DNA of 64,000 bases from Yuukianura sp. NJ FZ-2021. Taxonomy: Eukaryota. How positions within the stretch are numbered: position 1 is the first letter of the stretch; every line of letters starts with the position of its first letter. The stretch covers positions 7,068,001 to 7,132,000 of the forward strand of contig CM102290.1 in NCBI GenBank assembly GCA_046563655.1, given 5' to 3'. Made by a program: the position numbers and the translations under genes. Shown one piece after another: positions 1 to 12,000 of the stretch. A model generated the notes under the pieces. It saw only the letters and a program-made list of their open reading frames with translations. It was not told the DNA's origin and did not search any database.

Positions 1-3000
1 TCATTTAATACAAAATTCTCACCGGAAATGGAAATGCCATGGGCGACGATGCTCTTCCTGGAAGCACTTTGCCGTCCTGTCCGGAACCTACACGAGCTGT
101 GAAATAAAACGAGAGTTAATTGTTGTCCTCGCAAATAACTTCGACAAAGCTTAAGGTCTTAATCATAGTTAACACACCGGATATGCGTATCAGAGACCCG
201 AGGAATGCGTGCTAGGGTACAAGTATAAGACTAAACTAGTATGTGCCATACATACGCTGATGCATCTCCGACTACCATAACTCACTAACAAAAGATTCAT
301 AGCGTTTTATGGGTTCTTGATACTTGTAGACCAAATGACTGTTACACCTTAACATTGCATTGGGGTTACTCAACCATGGTACACAGTAAATAATAAAATA
401 AATACCCAAACCAAAAACTAAACAAAATGGCATAAGGTGGTGAAGAATCCAACATAAATGGGAACGGGATGGAGTAGGGAAAATCCGACAAGGAACGAAT
501 ACAGACGCATGTTACAACATGGAGTCAAACAAAGTTAGTAGTGGAGAGAGTTTTTTGATTTTTACCATTGACCGACATTGACCTGAGTCGAGTATCACCG
601 GGAACATCCAACTTTTTGTCCTGTGCCATAACGATACTATTTCGTCGTCCCATTACTAGCAGTGGATATGTCTCAGGAGACGGACCTACTGTATTCAATT
701 TCTTTTCCAGCCCAACACCAGGAGGAACCACCCCTAAGTACTCTAAGTTTAGGTTTCAAAAATTATTATGTAAGAACAAACTTCTTTGGTTCCAAGGAAA
801 TCCTTAAGAAAACTTTAAAATTTTAACAACATTAATCAGATCAAGAAGAAATAGGATGGCTTACTTGGTGTATTTGGCGCAGAGAATGAAAACGCAAAGT
901 GTCCATCTTCCCCTCCTGTAGCCGACACTTGTCCAGCAGAGAGTGGTACTGTCAGAAAATAGAATTCCGTTGTCAGGTCCCACAACGAATGTTTAATGGC
1001 TGAACTGAGGTATCCTTTTAGTAAGTCCACACTGATACGACCTTGCTTCCACATTCTGAGCTCAACAAAAACACTGGATGAGGTAAAAGGGCCACCTAGT
1101 GTCAAACAAGCGCATGTTAGTGTAACAAATCTCAACACTTTCGGCTTTTAGTAATAAAATTGTAGCCACTCCTAACAAGTAATAGTAATAGAAACGTTAC
1201 TTGTTTCCCCCACTTCTTCTGTTGTTAGTCGTTCCTCAAAGTCCTCGACTCTAAACTCTGACAAATACGCATCAGACATGGGTCGACTCCATTCCGCTGA
1301 AGAGACGGGTTTTCCGTTTACATCTACAATAGACACCGCAACAGCAGCGATTCCTCTGCTTCCAGTACCTCCCGGACGCTGATTGTATAGATACATTGTT
1401 CCACACTGGTCGCCAGTCGCATCATTACGAATATCCTAAAAATTCAAAACAAAATATTTAAAAGTGAAAATATCGCCCTAAGCGTCTGTCCCTATTCGCC
1501 CCAAAGTTCGAATTTTCATCAATTTGCTGAGTGCTCTCTCGCCTTGTCTTGAGTGCTAACGGTTCTTACCCGAAAATGAAACTCCGGTTTCAACTCCGTG
1601 TATTTCGGCAAATGAAAGAATTGTAGTAGGTTTTGATGTAGAAAGTACGCAAATGCGGGGAGATGCTGTAGCGCATACTCATGAATGCCGTTCTAACAAA
1701 TGTAACACATTACCCCTTTAATTTTAAAATGTTTAAAAATTCAAAATATCGCAAATCCGTTAACAAATCAAACCTGAAAAACTGCGTCTGGAGCAGAGTT
1801 GGCCTTTTGAATAAAAGTAACGTCCTCCGGAGTTAACTTACAATGTGGATTTCTGTCCAGAGTTACGGAAAGAATATCCATGACAGCATCATCTAATTTG
1901 TTCCTTAACGATTGTACTAAATTCTCCTTAATTTCATCACCTACAAAAATACTACCGTATCAGGTCAGACTATATAAGAAGAGAAACGTTACAATCGAAC
2001 TTACCAGCTTCTGTAATTCCGTGTACACGAAGCAAAACTACACTTTCATTCCTCTCTGGTGGTGGAGTCGCTGATGTGCCCTTGAGCGGGTCGCGAACTC
2101 CAGGCACTGCTCCAAAGTCGATTTCGGTTCCTGCATCCTTTCGTACTTCTGATCCAAGCCCTATCTAACTCATAAACCGAAAATAATACAGCATCAGCAC
2201 GATGATGTATTTTTGACTTCGTTAGTTACGTCAGTTCAGTTATGTCTCATATTACCCCTCCAATTTCGTCTATATCTTGAGTGGACAAGTCGATTCCCTT
2301 CTCCTCCATTCGGTATAACCTAGTGATTAAAATTACAACTATAAACGTCGTCTTTGATTACCGTGACTTATATCATCCCTCATAAACATAAATCATAGGC
2401 TCGTCATCAAAATACCTCAAATAGAACACGTTTCCTGCTTGGTCCTGATACACGAACATGTTGCGTCGATTGACGACTTCGAATGCAATTAGCGTTCCTT
2501 GCAAGGTCTGCAAAGTAATCAGTTTTATGAATTATTCACTACGATTTACTCCTGCAAATAATCAACGATTTTCTCCTACATCACAGTGGCCAAAGTTATA
2601 CATACCTGAATTCCACGTGAAACTAAGGACTTCCCAGGTCCTGTCCGCAGGCGCGAATGCAGAACAAACTTGGTTTCCCATACTACGTCGCATGCAAAAT
2701 ATCCGGGAGGAAATTGCTTCGGCTCATTTTCACCCTCTGTTTCAAAATCTGTAATTAATTTTAAAAAAATAGATCAAGAAAAACTATCACAAAACAATAA
2801 TAGCCCGGTTGTCCATAAGCAAGTTAGCTCAAGCGCACATGTAGCTTTTGGAAAGGAATTGGAAAGAAATCGTCCCAATAGTTTGTGAGATAGTTAAGAG
2901 AGCATTTTACAATGGTTTCCCAATGCCAGGACAGAAAGCGCGATGACAGACAGGCTTTTCTTATGGGACAGGATGGAAAAAGCGATGACAGACAAAAAAA

Positions 3001-6000
3001 AACTATAAAGTAGCTTTCACTACTGCCTAACCTTCAAGTCGTTTGTTGACTATTGGTGGTGGATAATGGAGACCATGCTCAGCGTAGTCTGGTGATTGCG
3101 TCTTTGGTTCGATCAAGTTACTGCACTGCCGCGTGTCGTGCATTTGCTGCAGTAAGATGTCTTGGTTCACGGTACTGAAAAAAAGTTAACCACGGATTTC
3201 CAGTAATTGAAAATTTAACGCAGCTGATCATTATTCTTACCGCTTGAGTTGCCGCACCAAGCGAACGATTTTGTTACGTAAACAGATGAGATAGTCGAAC
3301 AGGGCTAAGTTATCTTCATCGTATCTGTGCATAGAAAATCGCTATTCAATGCGTCCTACATCTTTGGTTTACATAAGTAATATGTATTACCTGGTATGAA
3401 AGTAAATGACAACCTGTTGGTTTGAAACTTTACATATAACCCAAAATGGGGGCAAGTTGCGACTTCGAATTGACGTCTCTAATTTCCCCAGACAATCTTC
3501 GGCAGAATCACTACCATCGCCTTCATATCCTAATAGGTCAAAACAACATTCAGGTACTTATCGCCAGTAATGTGCATTGAATCGTGTTGACGATCGTTTC
3601 TTACCATCCGTATGAATACTTTCAACGATGCTTGAGATTTCACTCAATTGACTTGGGGTTGTTAGGTAAGATATTGCTTGACCGTCTCGTTTCATTTGTT
3701 CTCCAGCACCATCAGGAAGTTCGTTGGTTACAGACGCAGTCAACGTACGACTTCGCACTGAGTCTTGTCCAGAAGACTTACGACCCCTTTTTTGCTGTTG
3801 TTCCCGTCGTGCCGAAACCTCTAAAACTTCTGGGTCTTCCAGTTCGAAATCAACTCGGCTACTTGGACCTTGAGAACTTTCAGAAGGAATTTTTGGAAGT
3901 TGGTCACAAGGTACTTCTCCCGATTCCGTCAAACCTGTGAGCTCTGAATATATCACACATCATAATTGTAACTTTGGGGCAACTTGAGATTGAATTGAGA
4001 TTCAAGTAATCTCGTAACATACGTGATTCCCAACGTTTCCCGGTGAACTCGGCATGGCATATTGCAGGAGGTTTAGGAAGAGGAACTAAATAGAACAGGG
4101 AACCCTGCTCCTTGAGAACGTATCCCTCTATTGAAGAATTCCGTAATCGCTACAAGAACCATAAAAGTATTTCACTGTCATAACCGTATAATATTCCTCA
4201 CAAAATAGATTACCTCCTTAAATTTCTCGAATCCAACTTGGGGCGAAGTGTTCACAAAATTAAGCGGAACAATAGTGACCTGACAACCAGGTTTTCCGGG
4301 GGACTTTTCAACGTGACATGCTACCAACATGAGAGCTAGTTCTGTCACAGGACCCGATTCCCAACGAAACGAGGTTACTTCATCCTTGAGAAGCCATTTT
4401 ACCTAAACATAAAAAAGTAAAAATCTTGTGAGCACTTCAAACACAAATCTAAATTATTTTTAGCCAGAAACAATAGCTTACATCGTCCACAACTGATTTA
4501 ACTTGATGATACTGTTGAGACGGAAGAGTCGGGTAGGCCTTGCCGCCATGATCCAGCATACTTGCCGAAAAATAAAGCCAGAAAAAGATTATATCTGTTA
4601 ATACAAACGTCACAATCCGAGTCTCAGCTTACCCCGATAGTGAGTTGTCCCTCTCTTTTGCGAATGGTATTAAATTGAGCTCTCCCTTTCGCCCCATGGG
4701 GATTGGTGACATGCTGCACATTGATGACGTTCTAATAGTTTCTGCAACACGATAGTCCACTTCTTCCACTTCCGTCGGAACCGTCAAAAACACAAACTCC
4801 AGTGAAAGTTCAACTTTCTCCTCGGGATCTCCTTCCTCAAACCTATCTCCAAGTACTTCTGCGATTTCCTCTAAAAGACAATCTCAAATCAACCTAATTC
4901 TTCACATATGTTCTTACACAGTAATTAATTAACGCTCACCTAGGCATGTAGGAATGTCGTAAACAAGAAATGAACTACTGAAGTCACCATGAATATAGGT
5001 GCATGCCAGGTAAAGAAACAGTGGAACTGGTCCATGCTCTTCCGACAAAACTTCCATACTAAAAGTTATTCATTACAAATTCAAAACATTAGGGCTATAA
5101 ACTTAAAGCAATAAACAAAAGAATGTGTATCACCTTTCATCTAATGTGAAGAAATCTGGACCTAAAATTGGATAGTCCTGTTCAAAGTCTTGGTTCTCGG
5201 CCGAAGTAAGTGCTGCATTACTTTCCGACTCGGGTAAAGTTGACTCTCCTTTGGTAATAGCACTTTCCTCTGCATCCGTCAAATTTTTAGAAGAATTGCT
5301 TCTGCTTGGTACTTCATTCTATGGAACAAAAAATTCAAGTCAATATTTGATAAACAGAGCAGAATTTTGTGGAATACTACCAATTTCAACTGGTTGGAGT
5401 TTTTGAAATAAAAAATTCCAGAACAATCCATCACCCAATGGAATGCTGACAGAATTGATTGATTGAAACGACGCTTGACAAAAGCGTGAATGTCTTTAAG
5501 CTCATCACAAGATGACGTTTGGCCTTCACTGAAAGGTTCATCGCTCTTGCCCTGTTTCTTCATTTCTTTAAAATGTCTGCAAATTGTCTGAAAATTAGAA
5601 TGTACCCAGTTAACGACTCAGTGAAATTAAAATGCACAACAATTAAACCAGTACAGTACAACTTACTTGTATAAATTCGCTCAAATTAATTTCGATTTTT
5701 GTTTCTCGGCACAAGCGAACTGCCTCCTGAACATCGTTCTTGTGAATGTAGTGTCCAGCTTGAAGACTCTCGAAAAGTCCATGTACATACGACTTGGCAA
5801 ACGCTACTTCCAGCGCCTGACAGTGATTCTCCAACGTGTCTCCATTTGCTTATAAAACAATTAAGATTAAACGCAAGATTTTAGTGGATTAGGCCTTAAT
5901 TTCAACCTTACTTGGCAAAAGTTCGTGCTCTTCTGATTTGGGTTCCGGACTGGCATGTTTCATTGACAGGTTGTCTCTGGATGGGCTTCCGGAAGGTTTC

Positions 6001-9000
6001 GGAGGATAAGATTCACTTTCATCCGTTATGCTACAAACACGGCAATCGGTGTAAATGTCCTCTGCTCCAGAAGTTGTTCGAAAAATTATGTGCTCCGTAA
6101 GGGCCGCAAGAGAGCAGTCGTAGACGTAAATTGGAAGCGTAATGGAACCATATTTTACTTGATGATTTGGTGGAAAAAGCTTATCTGGCATAGTAGATGA
6201 GTTATCCTGCTGAGATGGTCCTCGGTTTTCAAATGAGAACTGTGATTCTTGGCGTTCGGACTCTGTTTTTGGGGAAAGAATGCTACTGTCATCGAAATTG
6301 CTTGGTGGGTTTCCTTTTCCCATCTTTGATTTCCAGGATCCTTCAACGGAATTTGTGCGATATCGAAAGAGGTTATCCAAGGACGTCTTTCGATTGAGCG
6401 GCTTCTTGGATGCTGGGCCTGACTCCCCGCCAGATTTTACGCGACTTCTTTTTCGGACTCCAATAGTTGGTTGCGAAAGACTTACTGTTGAATCTAATTC
6501 TTGTTTGGATTGGTACTGCGTGCCTAATTGCGAGTCAAGCGTGTCAAGCATTTCGTTCTCGTCCTCCACAGCCTCAGCTTTAGCTTGAGGAAGCGGTGTT
6601 GTTGGAGATGCAGCATAACTGGGTTCCATGATGTAGCTGCTGTCATTCGGATCTTCTGTAGATAGCATACAAACGGCCTTCGTTTCATTTCCCCTCTCCA
6701 GCGTTTCTTCTGAAAGCATTAGTAGCTTAAGATCATGATAAGATGCAGGAACTATAGTGAGCAGGAAATGGGTCGGAGAGAGTCCCTTGATAAACGTACG
6801 CCATTTCGGATAACAACCTGATTCAAGACAAATTCATACATTCAACAAAACATTCAATTTATAACCACAAAAACAACCTCAAAAAACAACAAACCTTCAG
6901 ATATCCTCCGAGAAAACGGTCGCTCGCCATGGTCTAGCGGCCTCACTCGATTTGTAATGAGGCCGTATAACGTTTCATGTTCCTCAGGATGAAGCTTCAC
7001 CTCATGTTGATGCATTTGAGCAACATTGGTGATCCACGTATCGAAAAGAATGGAATTGGCACGGTCGCAGAAAGTAGAGATTTCGGAATCACGCAAGACC
7101 GGAAAACTCATGGAGAGATCTATTAAAAAAACATTTCTATTCACGTCTTATGCGTCATCAAAGTAAATGATGAAGTACGCCTCACCTTGATTAAACATGG
7201 AGAATAATAGCTCAGCCTGTTGACATTTCGGTAAAATCCGTTTGAGTTCACATTTGAACGGGATATACTGAATCTTGTCTTCTGTTTCATCTACTGCCTC
7301 AATCCCTCTAAAAAAAAACGTATTGTACATCAGGAAATATCTCGTGCAGTCAAAAACAAACCGACAAGGTGAAATGGAAGATGTGTATACCGGTCAATGA
7401 TCTCTGAAGGCGAAGGCACATCGTCATTTTGACACATCAAAGACAAATGTTCAAAGGTCACCAAGGCCGAAATGCATTCATGGTCCATGTCGAACATCTA
7501 AAAAACAAAAACAGACAACACATTGATACTATGATGGTGTTTCGCACATTTCCAAAGATTTGGAGGCGAAAACCTTTAAACAGACGCGGTAGTTATCCTT
7601 ATAAGTTCACTTTAAATTTTTAAATTACGTTTTTACAATAATACCAGACCATCATGGAAACAACAAACAAACAACGGAGCATCATCGTTTTTTTTTATTG
7701 CATCTCACCCTCATATTCAATTTTTACATTTTAAACGAATAAATTTCAAAAAACGCCAACTTAATGTTGATTTGTTCAATAATATTTTTATTCCTAAGTT
7801 CCCTGAAACTAAAAAGTGAATCCGTATACCACCAAAGGAATAGCCGTATGCAAGATAAGATGCGTTTTAATGAAAACTGTTGACACAACGAGATAGGCAT
7901 TGCGAAAGAAATCAATTTCTGATGACAAATTTTACCTAACTGCTGACCAAATCCTATAATATTCATCAGTTCAGTCAAAACGAAAAATGAAACTCGTCTA
8001 CTCAGCTCGGACTCATGATTCGAAATGTAACAACTTTAACCATCTCCAATTTACTCCAACAGGTCAACGCAATAGAAACCAATTTTTATTTGCAGTTTCC
8101 AAAAACGTAATTTTCCAGTTACAACGCAATTCTAAATAGCCTAGCTTTAGTCTAACAAAACAGGCTGATTAATTTATACACTTTAAACAACGTTGCTTTA
8201 GAAGTGGCAGAAATAAGTTGGAGAAGTTGAATCTCACTTGCATTTTTATATCAAAGTGACAAGACTACTCCTCCACTTAGCTCTAAAATTCCACTCAAAT
8301 TCACCAACATCTTATGAAACTTAGAATCAACTACAAATATCGGAACAAAACACTTGAGAAATCCTGGAGACGACGTCTACTGACCGTCAGCCTTGAGCTG
8401 GAAGAGTTAGATCTGGCACTCGACCTTACAACAAAAGTTAGCACACCGACAAAAATGCCTGGTGAGACAGCTTCCGACGATCGAAACTTATGCCGAGATC
8501 TTCACTTCCAACTCAGACTGATGGACACGGTGCAAATGAAGACGCTTCCTTGTCCAAGATGCTTCGACGTTAGGTCAACCTAACCTAATACTGTCCCACA
8601 AATACTACTCCGCAAGGTGACAATGGACTGGAACACCTCTGGACCAACCAGGCCTCAAGTATTGTCATCTGCTCAGAGCAGAAGAGAACACCGTTTGATT
8701 GGTTTCGTGTCTCTGCCATGAGATTTATAGGTAAAGCCAACAGGACAAAGTACACAGAACTTAACTAAAAATCCGTCGATTCATTTTTTTTCGTGTCACT
8801 GATAAGCTTTCTGTAGCCTAGGAGTAGGGACCGAGCCGATTGATAATTCGTTCCCATCTAGTCATGTATAGTATTGAAACCTAAACTGAAGATAACTGAC
8901 ACTCTCAAAATGAAGCTTTAGCTGACTCTGACAGACGGAATAGGTATTAACAGTATCCAGTTCCGAAAAAACCGAAGCGTCGAGGTGTTGATAGCCCACT

Positions 9001-12000
9001 TATCTCCAACTACTTTCAATTCTATCGTCCCAACCGTCCTGTTCTAAACAAAACTTTTTGGCAATAGTCAACCAGAAACATCGTCGTTCCAATTTGCAAT
9101 TCTCAAAAACATAAAAAACCCAAACAATATTGTCTTATGAAGAGGCCAGCGCCTCTGTAACTTAAAAAACCTTTAGAAAAAATACACATCATGTTAGTCA
9201 AGTTAATTGCAACTACAATTTTAGATGTTAGGCTGAACAAAAGCAAGATCCGCCTCCTATTGAACACATAATTCAAAACCAAAATCGACAAGTGAATTCA
9301 ATTGATGTAATGCGAGGCCCGTCCATTTTTATGACCAAGATCACACATTAACTCGACTCGTCATGACTCATGAAAGCGTCCCGCCGGCCTTTACTTGGTG
9401 GGGTAAAACACAACCTCGGTTAAAATATACACAAAACAAACTGTACAAAACGACGGAAGTGTTGCGAAATATGAAAAATTTTGTAACAATTTAGCCTACA
9501 GCGGCCATAACCCATCGTGCAATGGAGTCAAGTTGACAACATTTCACCAATCCTAAACCTTCGTCAAGCGAAACTTTCCCATAATTCTTGCCCAGTTTTA
9601 GCAGAATATTGGAAATTCATGGATCATCCTCATTGCGGAAATAATGCATTTTTTAAGAAATGAAAATGAATGAACGAAAGTGTTACAAAGCCTCGGGGAT
9701 GTTTACATTCTTCGGAAGCGGAAACAACGCTTTTCCGTATCCGCCGTTGAGGAAATGACCAAGAAGAAGTTACAATCGATAGACAATTGACGTTTTGAGT
9801 CATTCTTAGAAACTTGCGGCTATGCCTAAGCTAACCAAACCCACTAGACACTAATATCTGCATCCATGTACCATTCTGCGCCAAAACAAACATCCAAATC
9901 CTCATGAACCTTGGTAGAATAAATCATATTAATTCTAATCGTTACAGAAATTCATATGTTAGTTTTCTACAAATCCTTTACACACTTCGACATTCAACTT
10001 CCATTGCAATTACTCAGGTACTCGAGAACTAAATAGACACAGTTTCGTCAGTTTAGAGTCAATTTTGGCAAAATACTTCCCTGGGCCTGTTGGCATAAAA
10101 AATTTTCATCCCTAAACTACTGCTGAAAAGCTAAAATCTGAAATGAGTAAAGTGAAATCCTGGAAATACGTATTTACTCAAACACTTGAAACTATTTAGT
10201 ACTCCAAGCGTTTTGTGATTAGATAAGAAAATAGTCAAATTCAAACAATTGAAATTCTTCGCCACAATTTCGCAACACTATTAACTGGAATGCATGCGAA
10301 AAACACAAATCGAGTCTCGCAACTAAAAATTCACCAGTACCAAACTGTATACCATTTTTGGGAAATTATTAAAAACCATATACCAGTGTAGCAATTTCCC
10401 AATACCAATACATACGGTTTCAGCAAAAACAAAAAAGATTAGGCATTCCCTTCAGTTGGTATTAATAAGAATAAAAAATCATTCCGATTTGTATCAAATT
10501 TCTGCAAACTCTGAACCCTGAACTATTTGATTTCTATTTGTTTTGCTCACTACCGTCAAAAGTGCCAGGAGAGCAAACGATTCAACTTGAGTGACCATCC
10601 AGGCACTTCTTGTGCCCAAACACTTACATCCTCCAATTTAAAAAAAAAATCTATTCTTCCATTGTTTTCTATTTCAACAGAGAAGAATGGAAGAATCGCT
10701 AAACATTTGTTGTTTTAGTAAACAAGTGGAAAATCAATGGAAAACGATAATAGAAATCATATCGAAACTCTTTCTTCAAGCACAAATGACAGATAGCCTC
10801 CAAATTCCACCCTTCTTCCCAAACAATAGGATGCTGCAGCTCAAAAACATCCTCCAAAATTCCATATCCGAATGACGTAAGACGAAAACCAAATCCAAAA
10901 TTTCACGCTCCTCAATTTTCATGTGTCCGTCAATTTTGAAATCCTGACTACCAGAAACCCCGTTATTAAACGCATCCATCAACCAAAATCTCCTACTACT
11001 GCCATCTAGCGCTTTACAGCGTAAGCAATAACCCACAACCCCACAACTGGACTTCGTATTAAGTTTGAAAACCGAAAACCGAAATGACTTCTTACCTTTG
11101 ACGGAACTTGACAGTATTCCAGGCCGTTGAAAGAAGTGCTCTCAGTACTACTGAGTATACGCCCTACTTGCGGCTCAACCCAGCATTCGGTGATGAGATA
11201 CAGATTTGTGGATTCGTCAGTCGTTTCGATCACCTCCTCTTCACGTTCTTCCTCTTCTGCATCCGTATTACTAATCCACATAAAACGAATTAAATGTATC
11301 TACCATCGTTAGCCATATTATTATAGTTAATTATTATTATATATTAACCTAAGTGTTACCTGATCAAAGACGATACAGCTGGAAACATGACATATTGTAA
11401 AATCGAAGTTGTCCTCTGATAGTCTTCTATATTTTCCACATCAGGCTCAGAAACTCCAAGTCGTTCATTCTGTAAAAAATTTTCACAATTGCATAAATTA
11501 TAAAATGCATAAAAAATATGCGTAAGATTTTCACACCAAGCGGATAAAACGTTGGGTATGCAGTTTACCTGAAGCTCTAGTTCAATCAGCATGTTGACAA
11601 TTCCACAAGTAGTGTAGCCAAATCGCATTCCCTCTTGCAGGCGCATCCTGAAATTTTAATTTTATAGTTAGTTCATAGTTTTAGAGACAGATAATCGATC
11701 CCATATGACGTTATAATTTGGACGACGAAACCCACTTTGTAATTGTCGACAATATTCGGACGACGCATTCCGTGCTAAGCGGATGAGAAGCAGTGCCCTG
11801 GATAGACCATATCCAGCGACGGTGAAACAAATATCTTGCCACAGTATTAAACATTTCTGGTCCCATCTTGATGTGCGATCCAAGAGAAGTGGCATAGGTT
11901 GGACGAAACCCAAATGTTGACTGGTTGCCCGTCGTTTTACGACTAGTATTCACCAGTGTCCAATTATTGTGCGAATCTTGCGGCAATAACGACTTGGTAA

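Noticed and set aside
8314..8583. 89-aa plus-strand ORF as a nested gene in the SZT2 intron
   Set aside because: It overlaps the mir-750 hairpin antisense, which explains the local composition; no recognisable protein motif.
8586..8595. TAATACTGTC, identical to the first 10 nt of miR-8
   Set aside because: The rest of the mature sequence is absent and there is no suitable hairpin on that strand.
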